A DNA stretch of 63,697 nucleotides, counting the filler, from Syncephalis fuscata S228 (lineage: Eukaryota > Fungi > Zoopagomycota), in assembly GCA_025786725.1 (NCBI GenBank). It is 3 parts of 3 records of this genome, joined end to end, with 100 filler letters (N's around TTAATTAATTAA, not from the genome) between each part and the next. Parts side by side here need not be neighbours in the genome. Positions count along the whole stretch, not along the records: positions 1 to 20,532 come from JAHLTZ010000164.1; positions 20,633 to 45,030 come from JAHLTZ010000130.1; 1 more part is not named here. One strand, written 5' to 3'. Below the pieces are notes generated by a model. That model saw only the letters and a list, made by a program, of their open reading frames with translations. It searched no databases and was not told the origin of the DNA. Shown piece by piece: positions 13,101 through 26,077 of this stretch. Numbering within the stretch: position 1 is the stretch's first letter; the number at the start of each line of letters is the position of its first letter. Both the position numbers and the translations under genes were made by a program.

Positions 13101-16100
13101 ACAAATGATTATGAAATATGGGAGCAGTTGTGTGCAGCAATGCAAAAACATATTCTATGGCCACAAGTAGTCCGACAATGGGGCGTAAGTAATTATATAT
13201 AACTATATTAATTGGTACTGATTATTCTATTTATAGAAAATGGTTCTTAAAATGACCCGAGTCATTATTAAAGAAGTTTATGGTATTGATACGAAAAAAT
13301 TGGGTCAAGATGTAATGCTACCTAAACTTTTACGTAAAAAGAAAAATGCTTTACAGCGCCGTGTTTCTTTGGTATCTGGATCTATTCCAAAGGACCTTAA
13401 AGGCCAATTTCCTTCTTCTGTATCTGGATCATCTGCGGCTGCAACGGCTAGAGGTGTTCGTAAACATCATTCAGCCAGTCCAATGACTATTATTAGTGGT
13501 AATCGACATGATGATAGTATTGGCAATTCAATCACTGGTGCATCTAATTCCAATAATACTTTGGGTATGAGTGATGAAGAGACGCCACGTATTGAGCGGA
13601 AGCGATCACAGACTCATAATGCGGTAAGCTGCTTAACAATATCTATTTTATGTCTGTATACTTATGTATACTCCATTGTAGTTGGATCGATTGGTCAATG
13701 TAACACGTAGTAATTCAGAGACACCAACTACACAACATCCAAAGTTCCATTATGAACGTTTACAAGCTGCGTAAGTATAACAGCCAACCATTTATTTACA
13801 CACTATACTTTTATTAATGCCATCTACATAGATTGGAAGTGACGTTTGCTGACTTTAAAACGGAAGGCTTTACTGAGTTGTCAAGCGTTAAATGGACACC
13901 GGACTATGCACTTCGATCATGGAAGAATATCCTTTGTTCACTTGGCAATCCAAATACAATTGAGGTAATTATCTATTTTATATATATGTATATATGTACA
14001 TATGATATACGGATATTATAAACTAATATTTAAACAAACAATATCGATTTGATTAATAGAATCCAGGATTTCATTTAGAAGCCATTGATTGTCTAGTTGA
14101 TACATGGTCAATGTTGGCAGCTGTAAGTTAAATGCCAATAACAGAAATAGTAATAATAATGTATGATATGATTTAGGTACAACGACGACAATCCATTGGT
14201 GGTGGCAGCCAGCCAGCATTGATTGAATTTATGCCATGGCTATTTCAAGCCGCTGATATGCCAGTGTAAGTCATTAATATAAACATAAAAAATTGAATAT
14301 TTATAAATACTACTATAGAGCCTATGCTGCAAGTAGAGCTGCTGCTTATGGATGCATTTGTCGTATGATGGGTACGAAATTGGATGAGCCTATTCCACGA
14401 GAATTATGTGTTCATTTCTATCGCCTTATTCTTAAAGTAAGCATAATGTTAAAATATTATTAGTAGTAGTATAGATTATTTATTTGTATTATAGGGCGTG
14501 GCCATTAAAGATGACCGTATTCGTACGTCTATTATGTGGCGTAGTGCTAATCTATTCCGTAATTGTTTACCTGGATCGACTGTTTTACTTCCTTCGTATC
14601 TTATGTGTTTCCGTACTATGGTAAATATCAATATACTAATTAATTCATATTAATATTCATATTTATATTTATATTTATATTGAATAGCTACTAGAAGATG
14701 GTAAAACAAAAATGCGTCAAATTCCTAAAGAGATTCGTATTGCAACGGCCAAAACATTATGTTCAATGATTTGTTTGCCAAATCGTTTCTTAAGTCTTAA
14801 AGTGCCAATTGTTACCTATAATCAATTGTTGAAACGACTACAAGCAGATTACAAAGAGAATCCCATTGAACCTATTAGTTGTCCATCAGTAAGTATAATT
14901 AAGTAATTATTAACAATATGATTGTTAATTACTATTGCAATAATAATCAGATTAGAGCCCATTTCATTACACTATTATCGGATCTATTGACTGCTGCTTC
15001 TAGCCAACCATTGCCTCAATATGATGGTGAATTACATTCAATTCTTGTTTACACCATGTTGGTTATACTTTTGGATGACTTGGCAGCTGAAACACCGTAA
15101 GTTATTAAAAGTAAAAATATAGCAATAGCAATAGTAATATAACTATGATATTAGTAATACAAATATGATACGGCGCTGCCTTGCTACTTTGCTAAGTCAT
15201 TTGTATTTAAAGTCGACGGAACCAGCTATTGCCGCCATTACCGGTCTATCAGTATTCCTACACGATCCGGGCCGATTGGCTGCACTAGGTGATGTAAGTT
15301 GTTTATGCTTGTTACTACCAATACTTTATTAATTCAATATCTAATGAATAATGTAGAAATTGATCATTCAAGTGATTACCGATATTGTTGGTGCTCTTGG
15401 TGAACAATTAAAAAATAGGCCACGTGAAAAGACTCGTGCTCAATGTAAGTGACAAATAAACATATAAATAATAGCAATAATACTAATTAACACTAATTAA
15501 ATTAATTTATTTAGGCGATCTAATGGCTATGATGCTAGACTGTTTAGTGGAATGGATCATGATTGATTCAGTATCAGATCATGTGTTACGTCATCTGTCA
15601 CCGGTTATTTTTGATACGATTAAACTTGCTATGCAAGAAGTATCATCGGTAAGTTGATTTATGTTACAATTATTAATATTAATAACACGATTAGAATCAA
15701 ACCGTATTTACAAACAATGTACAAACACCATCGGCTATCGATTCATCGGGACAATTTAACGATCTCAATAAGCCAATACGTCGTTCATCTATCCAGCTAC
15801 TAAAAGGTCGTCGGTCTCATAGTGGAGGTGCTGGATCAGTTGGATCAAATGATCAATTTGAAACAGAAATTGTTCATAGTCCATCGCAACTGGCCATGTC
15901 AGCATCAACAAATGCCACATCTAGCAATGCGGTAACAGCTGTTAATATTACCGCGCCTTCAGTATCAACAACAAGCAATAGTAATCATCATAGTCATAAT
16001 TTACCTAACAGTAATTTGGCACATAATAGCACTGCTACATCGCCACCTTCATCGGCAAATAATTCTCCCGCTTCAGTATCAATACCCGCTCACGATGGAT

Positions 16101-18460
16101 GGAGTATTGTACAGGCAAGTGCATTTCACGCTATAAATACTACTGTTTAACAAAGATCGGCAATTAGGAATCGGCTGAATCTGCTCTACTACATTTATTG
16201 CACCACTTTAATGGATTTCCTCCTCGACATGGTGCAGATATGGTGCATAGGTAATGTTTACATGCAGCAATATATTATTGCTCTATACTAACATTTATTG
16301 AATAGTTTGTTAAAAGAAAGCGTAAACCATGAAAGCAGTGAAGAATCCTATGACAATAGTCTATTATTGATGTATAATGGCAATACAATTGTATCATTTT
16401 GTATGGATCCATCAAATCCACATGGTAATTAGAATAGGATAAATATATAACTATCATATTAACGAATGGTTGTTTAGTGATACGTGTCATTTTACGTAAT
16501 CCAACTGGCAAATACGTGTGGGATATGCAAACGATAGAACCAACGAGCGTTAATGAATTTAAATGAATACAATGGATGTTTCATCTGAAGCATCCAATTC
16601 ATCTACTTCACTTTCTTCAACAGTAGTGACTAGCTCTACTGCTACTCCTACTACGGCTACTAATACGGCTACTAATACTCCGCTAGATTCAATGATTCTT
16701 GATAAAAAATATTTGTTGAATTCTTCACCGATCCATCTTCAACGACTGAATCTACTAATTCTTCGTAAGTTTTATCTAATAGTAATAGTAATAGTCTATA
16801 ACTAAAAAATTGTATAAACAAACATGTAGCATTCCATCTGATCCACTAGCTGGCTTATTAGATCGGTAAGTTTATTAATAATATTGTATATATAATCTAA
16901 TCATTTCATTAGACTTGAACTGTCGCATAGCGAACGTTTAGTAAACAATCCATCTTCAGATAGCAGTGATCTGTCCAAACAACAACGAAAACGTCAATCG
17001 ACCATTCAAACCAATTGTCATATCAATGCAATGACTTAACCAATCCTACAGAAGTGTCCATCTCTTCAACTAATACATTGGTTAATCCAATAGCTGAACA
17101 GACACAGACTATCAATCTAAATCCCTCATTACCACCCCGTCCTCCATTGGATACTAGGTATGTCTTTTAATAACATCGCTTTTGCTCATAAAAATAGTGC
17201 TAACAATAATAACAATAATAATAGAGGATCAATGAATACAGTAAATACAATTCATGCTGGGCAGAATAACCAAGCTCTTGGACATGATGATCTACTCGAG
17301 CGAGTTATGGTTGATAATATGCAATGCCGCGTTCTTATGAATCATCTTGGTTTACTTGATGAAGAAGCCGTTGAGAATGATAAGATTTGTCAATTAAAGA
17401 TTACAACTGCTTTAATGCGCGATGTTAAAGAATTGGATCGTAAATATGGGTAAGTTTTATTTAATCAGTTGATTGATAGATGACTAATACGGCCATTATT
17501 AGACGCGAGGTTATTAAGATTGGTCTATTGTATGTGGCACCTGGACAAGACACGGAACGTGCCATTCTTGGTAATCATTCAGCCAGTACAATGTATGATC
17601 AATTTGTATCAACATTAGGATGGGAGATTGATCTAAGAAACCATGGTGGTTATCGTGGCCGACTTGACTATGAAGAAAACTATCATACAGCAATTTACTA
17701 TGCAAATTCAACAATAGAAATGCTATTCCATGATGCTACACGTCTACCCACAAGTGCCAATGATCCACAGCAGGTGAAAAAGGTAAGTAACGACAATAAA
17801 TGTTAATACAGAATACTAATTAACAATGAAATTAGAAACGACACATTGGTAACGACCACGTCCATATTGTATGGAATGAACATCGGCGTGATTACCGACC
17901 AGATACCATTGGTGGAGACTTTGGTAATATACAAATTGTAGTGACGCCAGTGCCAAATGGTCTATTTGCCATTGACATTTTCCGTGATCAACGGGTAATA
18001 TTTAATAGATACATTAATTAAAAAAAATAATATGACTGATATTTATATTTATATTTATTAGTTGGACTTGCCCGGTCCTTTGGTGGATGGTATGATGGTG
18101 CCATGGTCTATTTAGGTCCATTGGTACGAGTAACGGCGATTCATGCTTTTAGACTGTGTGTCAATCGGCTACAAGCCCGTAATCCTAAACCGTATCCTTT
18201 ATTAGCAGCTGTTATTACTAACCACTACTATTATCAATTGATGTTATATATATTTAATTGATGTTACTACGATTAACTAAATAGATCGGTACAACGATTA
18301 AAGGACTTGAAGATAATTTTTGATCGTCATGGGAATCACAAGCGTAAGTAAATGCCATTATGACACGTTATTAAATACTAATAGTATTTATTCAACTAAT
18401 AGATCGTATGTGGATTTCTTGTCAAGGTTGTTATCGACTGTGGATAGACAAGCACACTAA
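10145..18460 (+). CDS. Ral GTPase-activating protein alpha subunit-like (C-terminal Rap-GAP domain), many exons
   Basis: N-terminal LPDRLRTGW...LLDHGNHMRIRMIGLRLLLLW and C-terminal REVIKIGLLYVAPGQ...FVSTLGWEIDL...KKRHIGNDHVHIVWNEHRRDY resemble RALGAPA. Apparent frameshifts near 16560, 17035 and 18110; the exon model and 3' end are approximate. Confidence 0.85.
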
Positions 18461-18750
18461 CAAACAATTATCGTATAATTATAATAAATGATTGATTTTG
18501 TAAAAGAAATATCATGTAAATTAAATAGATGTATAAACAGTGCCACAATAAAATTTAATAGTTATTTGCAAGGCGATGTAAATGTTTCAGCTTTGTTTCA
18601 ATATCTGGTAGTACAATTATGAAAAGGCACTGCCTTAAATCGCTGTTTATAGCTATTATTTCAATTGAAGTATTATTACATATTAACGAGCCTTATTGTA
18701 GGTCAAGACTAGTGTAATATTAGTCATATGCTTATTATTTTCAATACATT

Positions 18751-19441
18751 AATATTAAATAATTCATTAATGATTTAGAATAGCTTGAAGATCAAATGAC
18801 TAAATTTGACAACATTCAATTTATTGAATATAATGGTGGATGATGAGTGATATCAAAGCTTAAATACTTATCATTATAGATTCATTGTTCAATATGTATA
18901 TATCCTCTATATATTTATATCGTTACCAATGTATATCTATAAAAGTATATAACATTATGTTGTTATAGTTTCAATTACATATAGTTTGCTAAATGAATGA
19001 GGTAAAATGAGTTGAGATTTGATAATAATAAAACTAGAACAACAATAAAAACAGTTTTGAATAGAGGAGGATTAAGAGAGCATAGGTTGATATATAAAAT
19101 GATAAATGTACAGTAAGAAAACATATAAAACAATGTTAAAGTTACCGTGTGTATAATGCATTGAGGGAAATGAGTAAAGTATATTGGAACATATAAACAA
19201 TAGAATGTATCTAGTATATTGTAGAATGATACGTAATAGCACGGAATAGAATGGGAATGGTATAGATGAACCAAGGATATATTAAATAATGAGTCTACAA
19301 TAATGATTATTTAAGCTTTGTTATCATTTACCATCCATTATCATGTTCACTAGAACGATTGTTTAGTTTAAATGTGTGAATAGTCGATATAATCATTTGA
19401 TCTCCAAACTATTCTAAATAATTGATAAACTGTTTAATATT
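18751..19441. mobile_element. Non-autonomous long-TIR element (MULE-type) with degenerate ~160-180 bp terminal inverted repeats
   Basis: The left arm ATTTAGAATAGCTTGAAGATCAAATGA...AAAGCTTAAATA matches the reverse complement of the right arm TATTTAAGCTTTG...TCATTTGATCTCCAAACTATTCTAAAT. Same TIR family as at ~32880-33040, ~37767-37900 and ~51240-51460. No clear TSD. Confidence 0.75.
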
Positions 19442-20330
19442 GTAAAAGAATGGTTATTTTTATTTAATTAATAAATGAGATGATAGATGCAATATGATAA
19501 CACAAATCATAACCGAATGGCATTGTACATGTAAAGAATATGAATAAATTGAAATACCATTAGAGAGTTGTTCAAATGGTGGAATGAAAAAAGAATAAAA
19601 ACCAGCCATATAAAAGCAAGCATAATCATAAAGCATGTCATCAGTAAATTGTTGAGTATAATAAGAAGAGTAGATAACAAACAGTAAAAATAAGTATGTT
19701 TATAGTAGTGTCGTCAATAAATCACTGGCAGCATTACCAAAACGAGTAATCTGAATAGATTACTACTTAAGAGTTGTCGTTACATAGTGCTTCACGTTAA
19801 CATATGTAAAATGTGACACACCAATACATTCACAAAAGTAAATATCCTACTAGCTAAATAAATAAACAAACAAAATGTATCCATTTTAACAAGTCTGAAT
19901 TCATCACAATTGTGTGTACAAATCTGACTACAGAAACAATATACAATTTATTTTACATTCAAAATAAAATAACTCCATTACTTCAAACAACATCATAGAC
20001 CGTCCAACTGCTGATCTCTTGATACGATGTTTTAGTTTCCAGCAATATGGAACTTGTATTCTTGGATAGTGTTATGATATTATAGCCCCTTTTAAATTCC
20101 CATGCAAAAAAGGGCCTTAATGTTTCATTACTAGCCAACCACTCTAGCATTGTTTCAAAAATGAAGCATTACTTCTAGTGATTAGAAATGGACATTAGGC
20201 CTATATGTGCCATATCTGAGTATATATATATATATATAAAAAATAAGCCATGCGCGTAACAAAAATGAATAAACCATTACACGTTTCCTTTTCACGTATT
20301 TTCTTTACCTACCTTGCAATCATTTAGAAA

Positions 20331-20483
20331 ATGATTAAATCGACCATCCACACAGTTCTATTATTACTTTATGTTGCTGGCAACATAACAATAATAGCCG
20401 AAGCTACGCCTCAATCCAATAACCCTCCCTCACCTGGAGCTTTACCAGAACGACGTATTTACAACGCACCAGAAGATGAATAG
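20331..20483 (+). CDS. Putative small secreted peptide (50 aa); may be truncated near the contig end
   Basis: MIKSTIHTVLLLLYVAGNITIIAEA|TPQSNNPPSPGALPERR|IYNAPEDE: hydrophobic signal, AxA cleavage site, dibasic RR. TATA-like sequence ~100 bp upstream. Confidence 0.5.
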   Translation: MIKSTIHTVLLLLYVAGNITIIAEATPQSNNPPSPGALPERRIYNAPEDE

Positions 20484-20532
20484 TCTACCGATTTTCAAAC
20501 TACGCCAATGGACACAGGATGTAAAAGATAAA

Positions 20533-20632
20533 NNNNNNNNNNNNNNNNNNNNNNNNNNNNNNNNNNNNNNNNNNNNTTAATTAATTAANNNNNNNNNNNN
20601 NNNNNNNNNNNNNNNNNNNNNNNNNNNNNNNN
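20533..20632. other. Artificial contig linker N44-TTAATTAATTAA-N44
   Basis: Exactly 100 bp with a six-frame stop cassette; identical to 45031-45130. Confidence 0.97.
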
Positions 20633-22967
20633 AACAACTAAGTGCAGAACTGAGTGAGTGTGCTAGAGAGCAGTTGGTAGCTTATGTGATGATATTGTGG
20701 AGTAGAACGTCGTCGTCCAACACATCTTTTATACTAATCGACTGGCCATAGTCCAACTCGGAAAACGGTATTTACACGAAAGCAATAAACTGTGCATAAT
20801 ACGGAACCACTCATTGTGGTAAAAAATACAGTCGTGCATAATTCGGCCAATGTAGCATTCTATTCGGTACGACAGCCATGTACAGTTAGACCTTGCAATG
20901 GTTCGTTCGCGATTAAGTCGCCTTGTGAAACAATTGTCGCTTACTATAATGCCTTTGTAGCAGAAAATCCTCACATGCATTGCGTGCAGCTTTGTTCCAT
21001 AAATAACTTGCTATACGATAGCGATACTCTGCAGCTACCAGCCGACATAAGCCAATGACCACCAGCAGTAGATTATGCATGGATTAAGTCACATGGGTGC
21101 TGTCACGGTAAAATATACTGTTTCACGTTGAATTGTACGTCAACCATTCACGCGTCGGTCGTACTTGAAACTAGATCCTTTAAGTCGAAAGACAGGCTGA
21201 TACATGTTTATTTTTGCCATGTAAATACTGGGTTGTATATCAATAGCTTTACAAAAAATATAGTATGCAATACAGGTTTTCTGCACAATATTTGACGTGC
21301 ATCAATGCATAACATATGCAAAATGCAAGCGTGTCTACTGCTTTTGGCTGTTGCTCCACGTTAACACTAATAACAAGTCTAAGCTGATGGCCTGTGCTGA
21401 ATAAATATTGATTTTATTTATAAGCCAATAAGTATTATATTGGTTAAATTGGTATTATAAAATACAATTAAACACGTTACTAATTTTACGTGATGTTTAC
21501 ACTTAGTCTTCCGTCTTATCAATCACATGGTACTGTAAAACTGCCAAGAAGTATGGACATCACTATTTCATGCATGCTATTTTGGTTGTAAATGTCGCGC
21601 ATATCAGCACATGCAGAATGGTAAACGTGTGAAATTTTTTGCACGTCAAAATAGAAGCAACAGTACATAGAATTCACCACTAAGCAAAAGTTACGGAATA
21701 ACAAGAAGTAACACTATTGTCACCGTATGGCGTCAAATCTTGCAGCTGTAACCATCAGTCTTGTTTGTTGCATCAAATGTAGTCAATATGGCGAACCTCA
21801 ATAAGAGGTTAAATTAAGTAATAACAACTAACAATTCAACTATAAATTATTTATTATCTAAATAAAGCTATCAAACAGCTGTTCATTGTTATAAGCAAAG
21901 AGCTAACAAAAACATTAAAGTCAAATATTGGAGCTTTAATCTTTGCCTGACTAAACCCCCCCCCCACCACAAACCCAACCAGTCGGTAACGGCCAGCTGC
22001 CAAACCAAATAATTTACTGATTTGGCAGCCAGATTCACCTATCACACCAACAATGGCAATGTAGATTACTACTATTGCTATTAAAATAATAACACTATTA
22101 TAACGACAAGTATTTAGGCGTCATATCTTTGCAATAGTTGTTTTTTGTTAGTAATTAGTGTTGACATTTGATAGATAGATAGATATTATTATTGTAATTG
22201 TTCACCTGTGATTGTTTTTGATAATATGATAGTTTTTTAGGCGTGCTAGCACAGCAGTATGGCCATAATATTGGAATGTAAGAATATGGCATTGTAAAAA
22301 CGTAATATCTTTACTTGTATTAGCTTAAAATGCTAATAAAACGCTATTTATAAGTTTAAAAACGAAAATGCTGATTGGATGCTGTGAAATTATGCAGCGA
22401 TATTAAAAAGTGATTCTAGTGTAATTAGATGGTAAAAGACAATAGCGGAGCTAATAATTAATTAATTAATAAGCGTTACTAAGATTATTTATGATTTTGC
22501 GTAAAATGAGACTGATTGCTTGACATTTTGTACAAGCATGCATATAGCATACATGGAACTATCGACAAAATATATTGCAATTGTATTGCTTTATGGGACA
22601 ATGAGTGTGCTAATGCGTTAATAAATGTGCAAATAGTAGGCTTTTACTGTTTATGGCTTGTATAACTAAAATATAGCAAAACGATTGCCGGATTCAAGTT
22701 CTCCATGCTTAAATAAACCGTTTATTATGGCTTGTAGAATAATGATTTTTGCAACAAAAGTTGGCCAAAAATGAGTATTTGAAAGAATTAGTAAGTATAA
22801 TAAAGCCATTTGCTACCAAAAAACTACTCGGTATCATAATCCATGTCTATCGGCAATAATTTAAACAAATAGTAGCATTCTTTGCTTCTTTATATTTATA
22901 GTTAGAAATGATATTACAGATTATAAAATGTTTATCTTAGATAGCCATATCATTTATTATAAAAATG

Positions 22968-23507
22968 TTAGTGCTTGTAGCCTAATAATGCCATCTCTAC
23001 GGCAGCCGAGCCCCAGTCGGCACCGTGGTTATGGCCATCGCTGGTCAAGCCGGCGCGTGCTTGTGCTTGTTCATCTGTCAAGCACGTAAGAATGCCAAAG
23101 ATGACCGGAACACCCGTATCGAGTCCGACGCGCATCAAGCCTTGAGTGGCTGCGTCGGCAATGTATTCAAAGTGCATTGTTTGCCCTTTAATAAGGACGC
23201 CAATAGAAATAACGGCATCGTACGCGTATGACGTAGTGGTCATTGCTCGAGGAGCGCCGCTATGTTTGGATATCACCAATAGTCGGTTAGTGGCAAATGG
23301 CAGCTCATAGGAGCCCGGCACCGAGTGCAGTGTAATATTATTACGCTCCACATGATGACGTTCAACTAGAGCCTTAATGGCACCGTTCACAAGTTCATTA
23401 ACAATGTTGGCATTCCAACGGGTATGGACGATTAAAATACGTAATTTGCTTCCGTCGATGGGATTCTCGGGTGCCGATAATCCCTTACTGAAATCTTTCG
23501 TAGCCAT
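22968..23507 (-). CDS. RIB4: 6,7-dimethyl-8-ribityllumazine synthase
   Basis: RILIVHTRWN, VPGSYELP, IGVLIKGQTMHFEYI, GHNHGADWGSAAVEM. Confidence 0.97.
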   Translation of the reverse strand: MATKDFSKGLSAPENPIDGSKLRILIVHTRWNANIVNELVNGAIKALVERHHVERNNITLHSVPGSYELPFATNRLLVISKHSGAPRAMTTTSYAYDAVISIGVLIKGQTMHFEYIADAATQGLMRVGLDTGVPVIFGILTCLTDEQAQARAGLTSDGHNHGADWGSAAVEMALLGYKH

Positions 23508-23990
23508 TGTAGAGATTTAACAACAAAGTGGATGAACAAGAAAGAGCTAAATAAAACGATAAAGTGGCGGATGATACGTCATCTTTATTGAAACAAACAG
23601 TTTCTATTAATACACTTCTTTCTAGATGACAGCATAGCAACACTATATGTAACATGATAGAGCAGTATAAAAGTGCTACTCATTACAGGAGATGCAATAT
23701 TTGTCTCAATTAAATGAATGGCTAGTTTACTCTATTTAAATTAATAATTGTTTACTATTATGATATAAATTAAATGTACGGTTAACTGTTAGTATAATAA
23801 TATATAACATTTAAATTGGTTATATTTCAAGCATAAGCGTATAGAAAGATGACAGCTTTAATTATCGATCATTTTTACACGTTATTAAGATTAATCAATA
23901 GACAACCAATATATTATTCACATAATATTGAACATTATACATGTGTGTTAGAAACAGTTTATATTTATGTAAAAATAATTAGATCCATTG

Positions 23991-26077
23991 CTATTCAAGC
24001 TGTGTATACGCTGTCTGTGCTTGACCACTTTGTCCGTCGAATGACAATAACAAAGTCTCGTGGCGATCTTTTTCACCACAAGTGTAGCGACGCTTGCGTG
24101 GACTGCTCCAATGTGCAGGTCTTTTATCTCCGGGATTAGGCGTTGATGCCAGGTTATCTTTTTCAAACTCTACCATCAGTTTTTGAAATGCTTCTTGAAT
24201 TGCTTTAACCTAGTGTTACTGTTAGCACATTGTAGTGAATAACATTGCTATATGGCTGGCTGACTGACTGACTGGCTGACTAGCTGATTAGCATTTTTAT
24301 ATGACTTACATGTTTTACGTCGCGTGCATAAACTCGCACAATTGTTTCTTCAAAGTTTTCTGGTGCCAAAAAGCTTACTTGTTCTCGCGGAATGTGGAAT
24401 GCTAGCGATGATGTCAAATGTCGTCTACATTTGTTTAAATAATAACTTACGATTTTCTTGATATTTTGAATAAAATTTGATTGAATCTACCGGATTTTTA
24501 CCTTTAAAGCCATAACCTACCGTTAGCCAATCGACAATAATATCGTCTGTTTTAATGCACGCATATTCGCTTTGATGTGAACAAATTGCTTCTTCGTTAA
24601 TCTTTCCCTATCTATAGTTATAGTTACTTGTTTGTATAAATAGTGCTATACTTACTCTTAAACGAGCTATGTTCTCGGCGGGAATCATACGCTCTTCTAC
24701 AAATCGATATAGCTGCCGTTGACGGACACGACGAATAACTGCTCGTGCAGGTGCAAGCTCCTATAAATAAATCAACAAATGATCGTTACATGTGTATCAG
24801 CAGACCTACGTCTCCAGTAGAGAATTCGATATTCTTAAGTACATGATCCGTTAGTTTTAAATAGTCTTCGGGTCTATCAATTGCATCCGATAGTTTCAGA
24901 TATGGATCAGCTAATAGCAATGCATCTGTAATCATGTGTTCTATGGCACACGCTATATTATTGTAAGTAATGGCTATAATTGTTTGTATATTCCTACCAA
25001 CTCGATGCGTGTAAATTCGCTTAAAAAGACTGTAACGTGTATTGAATAGTTCGTATAAGTTATACACTTCCTTGTGATAATAACATATTTGATTGTCAAG
25101 TACTCGACTGAACTGCATCAATCTACACCAAATTAAATAGAATCTATAAGATAACCACTGATCTTACCTAGAACTGTCATAGCTTATAGACTCTCCCAAG
25201 TTATAGCAATCACGTGCAATATAGTCAAACTTATCCACGTCAACCGAGTTTCTCTTATTGGCAACAATATCGAATAAAAACTTTTTATCATCTCGTCCAC
25301 TATTTAGATAGTCGATTGACCAATAAGTGACAGTTTAGTAACAGCAACACGCTTCACCTACCTGCCAAAGAATGGTTCACCGCGGATTAAATCCTTAATA
25401 AACCTTACCTCATCTGATTCCAAATCAATATTATTATCATCGATCAAGTAGTCTAGCATCATTTCACTAGCCGTCTCATGCTTCCAGGCCACATTTGGCC
25501 TATTAAATCGGTTATCTACCGTAGTTATCACATTTATAACTATTACCTTGCTTTTGGAATGAAAACGCTATCAAACATATGGCTAAATGGACCATGGCCT
25601 ACACTCGTTAAATATACCTTCACTTTACCTACTGGCATTTAAGTAAATACCTAGATCGTGGCAGAGGCCAGCAATTTGGACACATCGTATATCGGAATCG
25701 TTAATCTCCAACTCGGGCTGATTATGTCGAAATGATGCCACCAGATTTCCAGCCAAATACGAGACACCTGCATAGCCCAATTCGTTGTATTACTATTTCA
25801 GTCTATTCGTTTATGCAATAAATATTACCAATAGAGTGCTCAAATCGACAATGGCTTGCCCCGGGAAACACGTAATATGAAGCACCCATTTGTTTAAGGT
25901 CGCGTAATCGTTGAAATTGTACCGTGTCTATAATCTCGAGACATATTTCATTCATATGAATGTAGCCCTGGACATATCGTTTAGTTATTGTGTATATGAA
26001 TACCTTTTGTTTCCTACATGCACAGGATCGGCAATCACTTTTTCAGAAAGCTGATGTGAAGCCTGAAAACGGGTCAT
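23991..26077 (-). CDS. SAMHD1-like HD-domain dNTP triphosphohydrolase (multi-exon)
   Basis: Spliced product contains [73 protein letters not shown] and [12 protein letters not shown]. The 3' end is less certain. Confidence 0.92.

Noticed and set aside
20533-20632. Palindromic TTAATTAATTAA inside N runs (also 45031-45130)
   Set aside because: Synthetic six-frame-stop linker; adjacency across it is not biological evidence.
20633-22900. Short ORFs, a C-run (~21956) and a small hairpin (~21996-22030)
   Set aside because: No recognisable motifs or coherent gene model.
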